Below are positions 8,723 through 9,106 of a stretch of DNA of 9,106 nt, one piece after another; the stretch's first letter is position 1; every line of letters starts with the position of its first letter. A program made the translations under genes and the position numbers. The notes below the pieces were generated by a model. The model was not told the origin of the DNA, did no database searches, and was given only the letters and a program-made list of their open reading frames with translations. Origin of the DNA: Paraspadella gotoi (taxonomy: Eukaryota; Animalia; Chaetognatha); NCBI GenBank assembly GCA_051294375.1, contig CM119270.1, positions 20,379,108-20,388,213 of the forward strand, given 5' to 3'.

Positions 8723-9106
8723 TATAATTAATTTTATAACTTTATAACAATTTATTTCTTTATGTATTTAAGGTTTTATTTTCATTTTTGTATAAGGTAT
8801 ATACATATATATAATTATATATGTACTTTTGTTTTTGTTGCCTTTTTTTCTTTCCCAATGGCGATTTCGGCGAATTTACGAGATAAACGACCCGAAAATT
8901 CTTTGTACCCTTAAATCCCATTCTCGTACGTTAAAAAAACTATCGCCGTCTTAAGGGGACTTCAGTCACGAAAACACAAGAGGGATTATTAATCAAAATA
9001 TTTCCTTAAAACCGAAAAACAAATAAAGGGAATTTATCGAAATTTAGAACGTGATCTTCGGGATCAATATCAGAGTATCAATATATTGAATTTTATTTCA
9101 GTTCAC

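Noticed and set aside
8720-8741. 8-bp hairpin agttataa/ttataact overlapping the splice donor
   Set aside because: Almost all A/T and expected by chance at this composition.

Overview
AT-rich, microsatellite-dense animal (probably invertebrate) genomic DNA that is almost all non-coding; none of the supplied ORFs is credible. The one well-supported coding feature is missing from the ORF track: a 61-nt + strand internal exon (8656-8716, ttttccag/...CG|gtgagt) encoding xICRRGCHSDHGSCDKPGDCR, the first EGF-like repeat of a Notch ligand (Serrate/Jagged- or Delta-like). Most of the window is therefore probably a long intron of that gene. After a 100-N scaffold gap (694-793), a ~3.4-3.8 kb segment occurs twice head-to-tail (794-~4630 and ~4631-~8018). 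The copies differ mostly by scattered small indels, which points to unpolished long-read sequence or a false duplication more than to real divergence. Left of the gap are a ~46-bp CTGTCCGT minisatellite and a possible minus-strand acidic C-terminus (E-rich...SD*). I found no convincing novel biological system.
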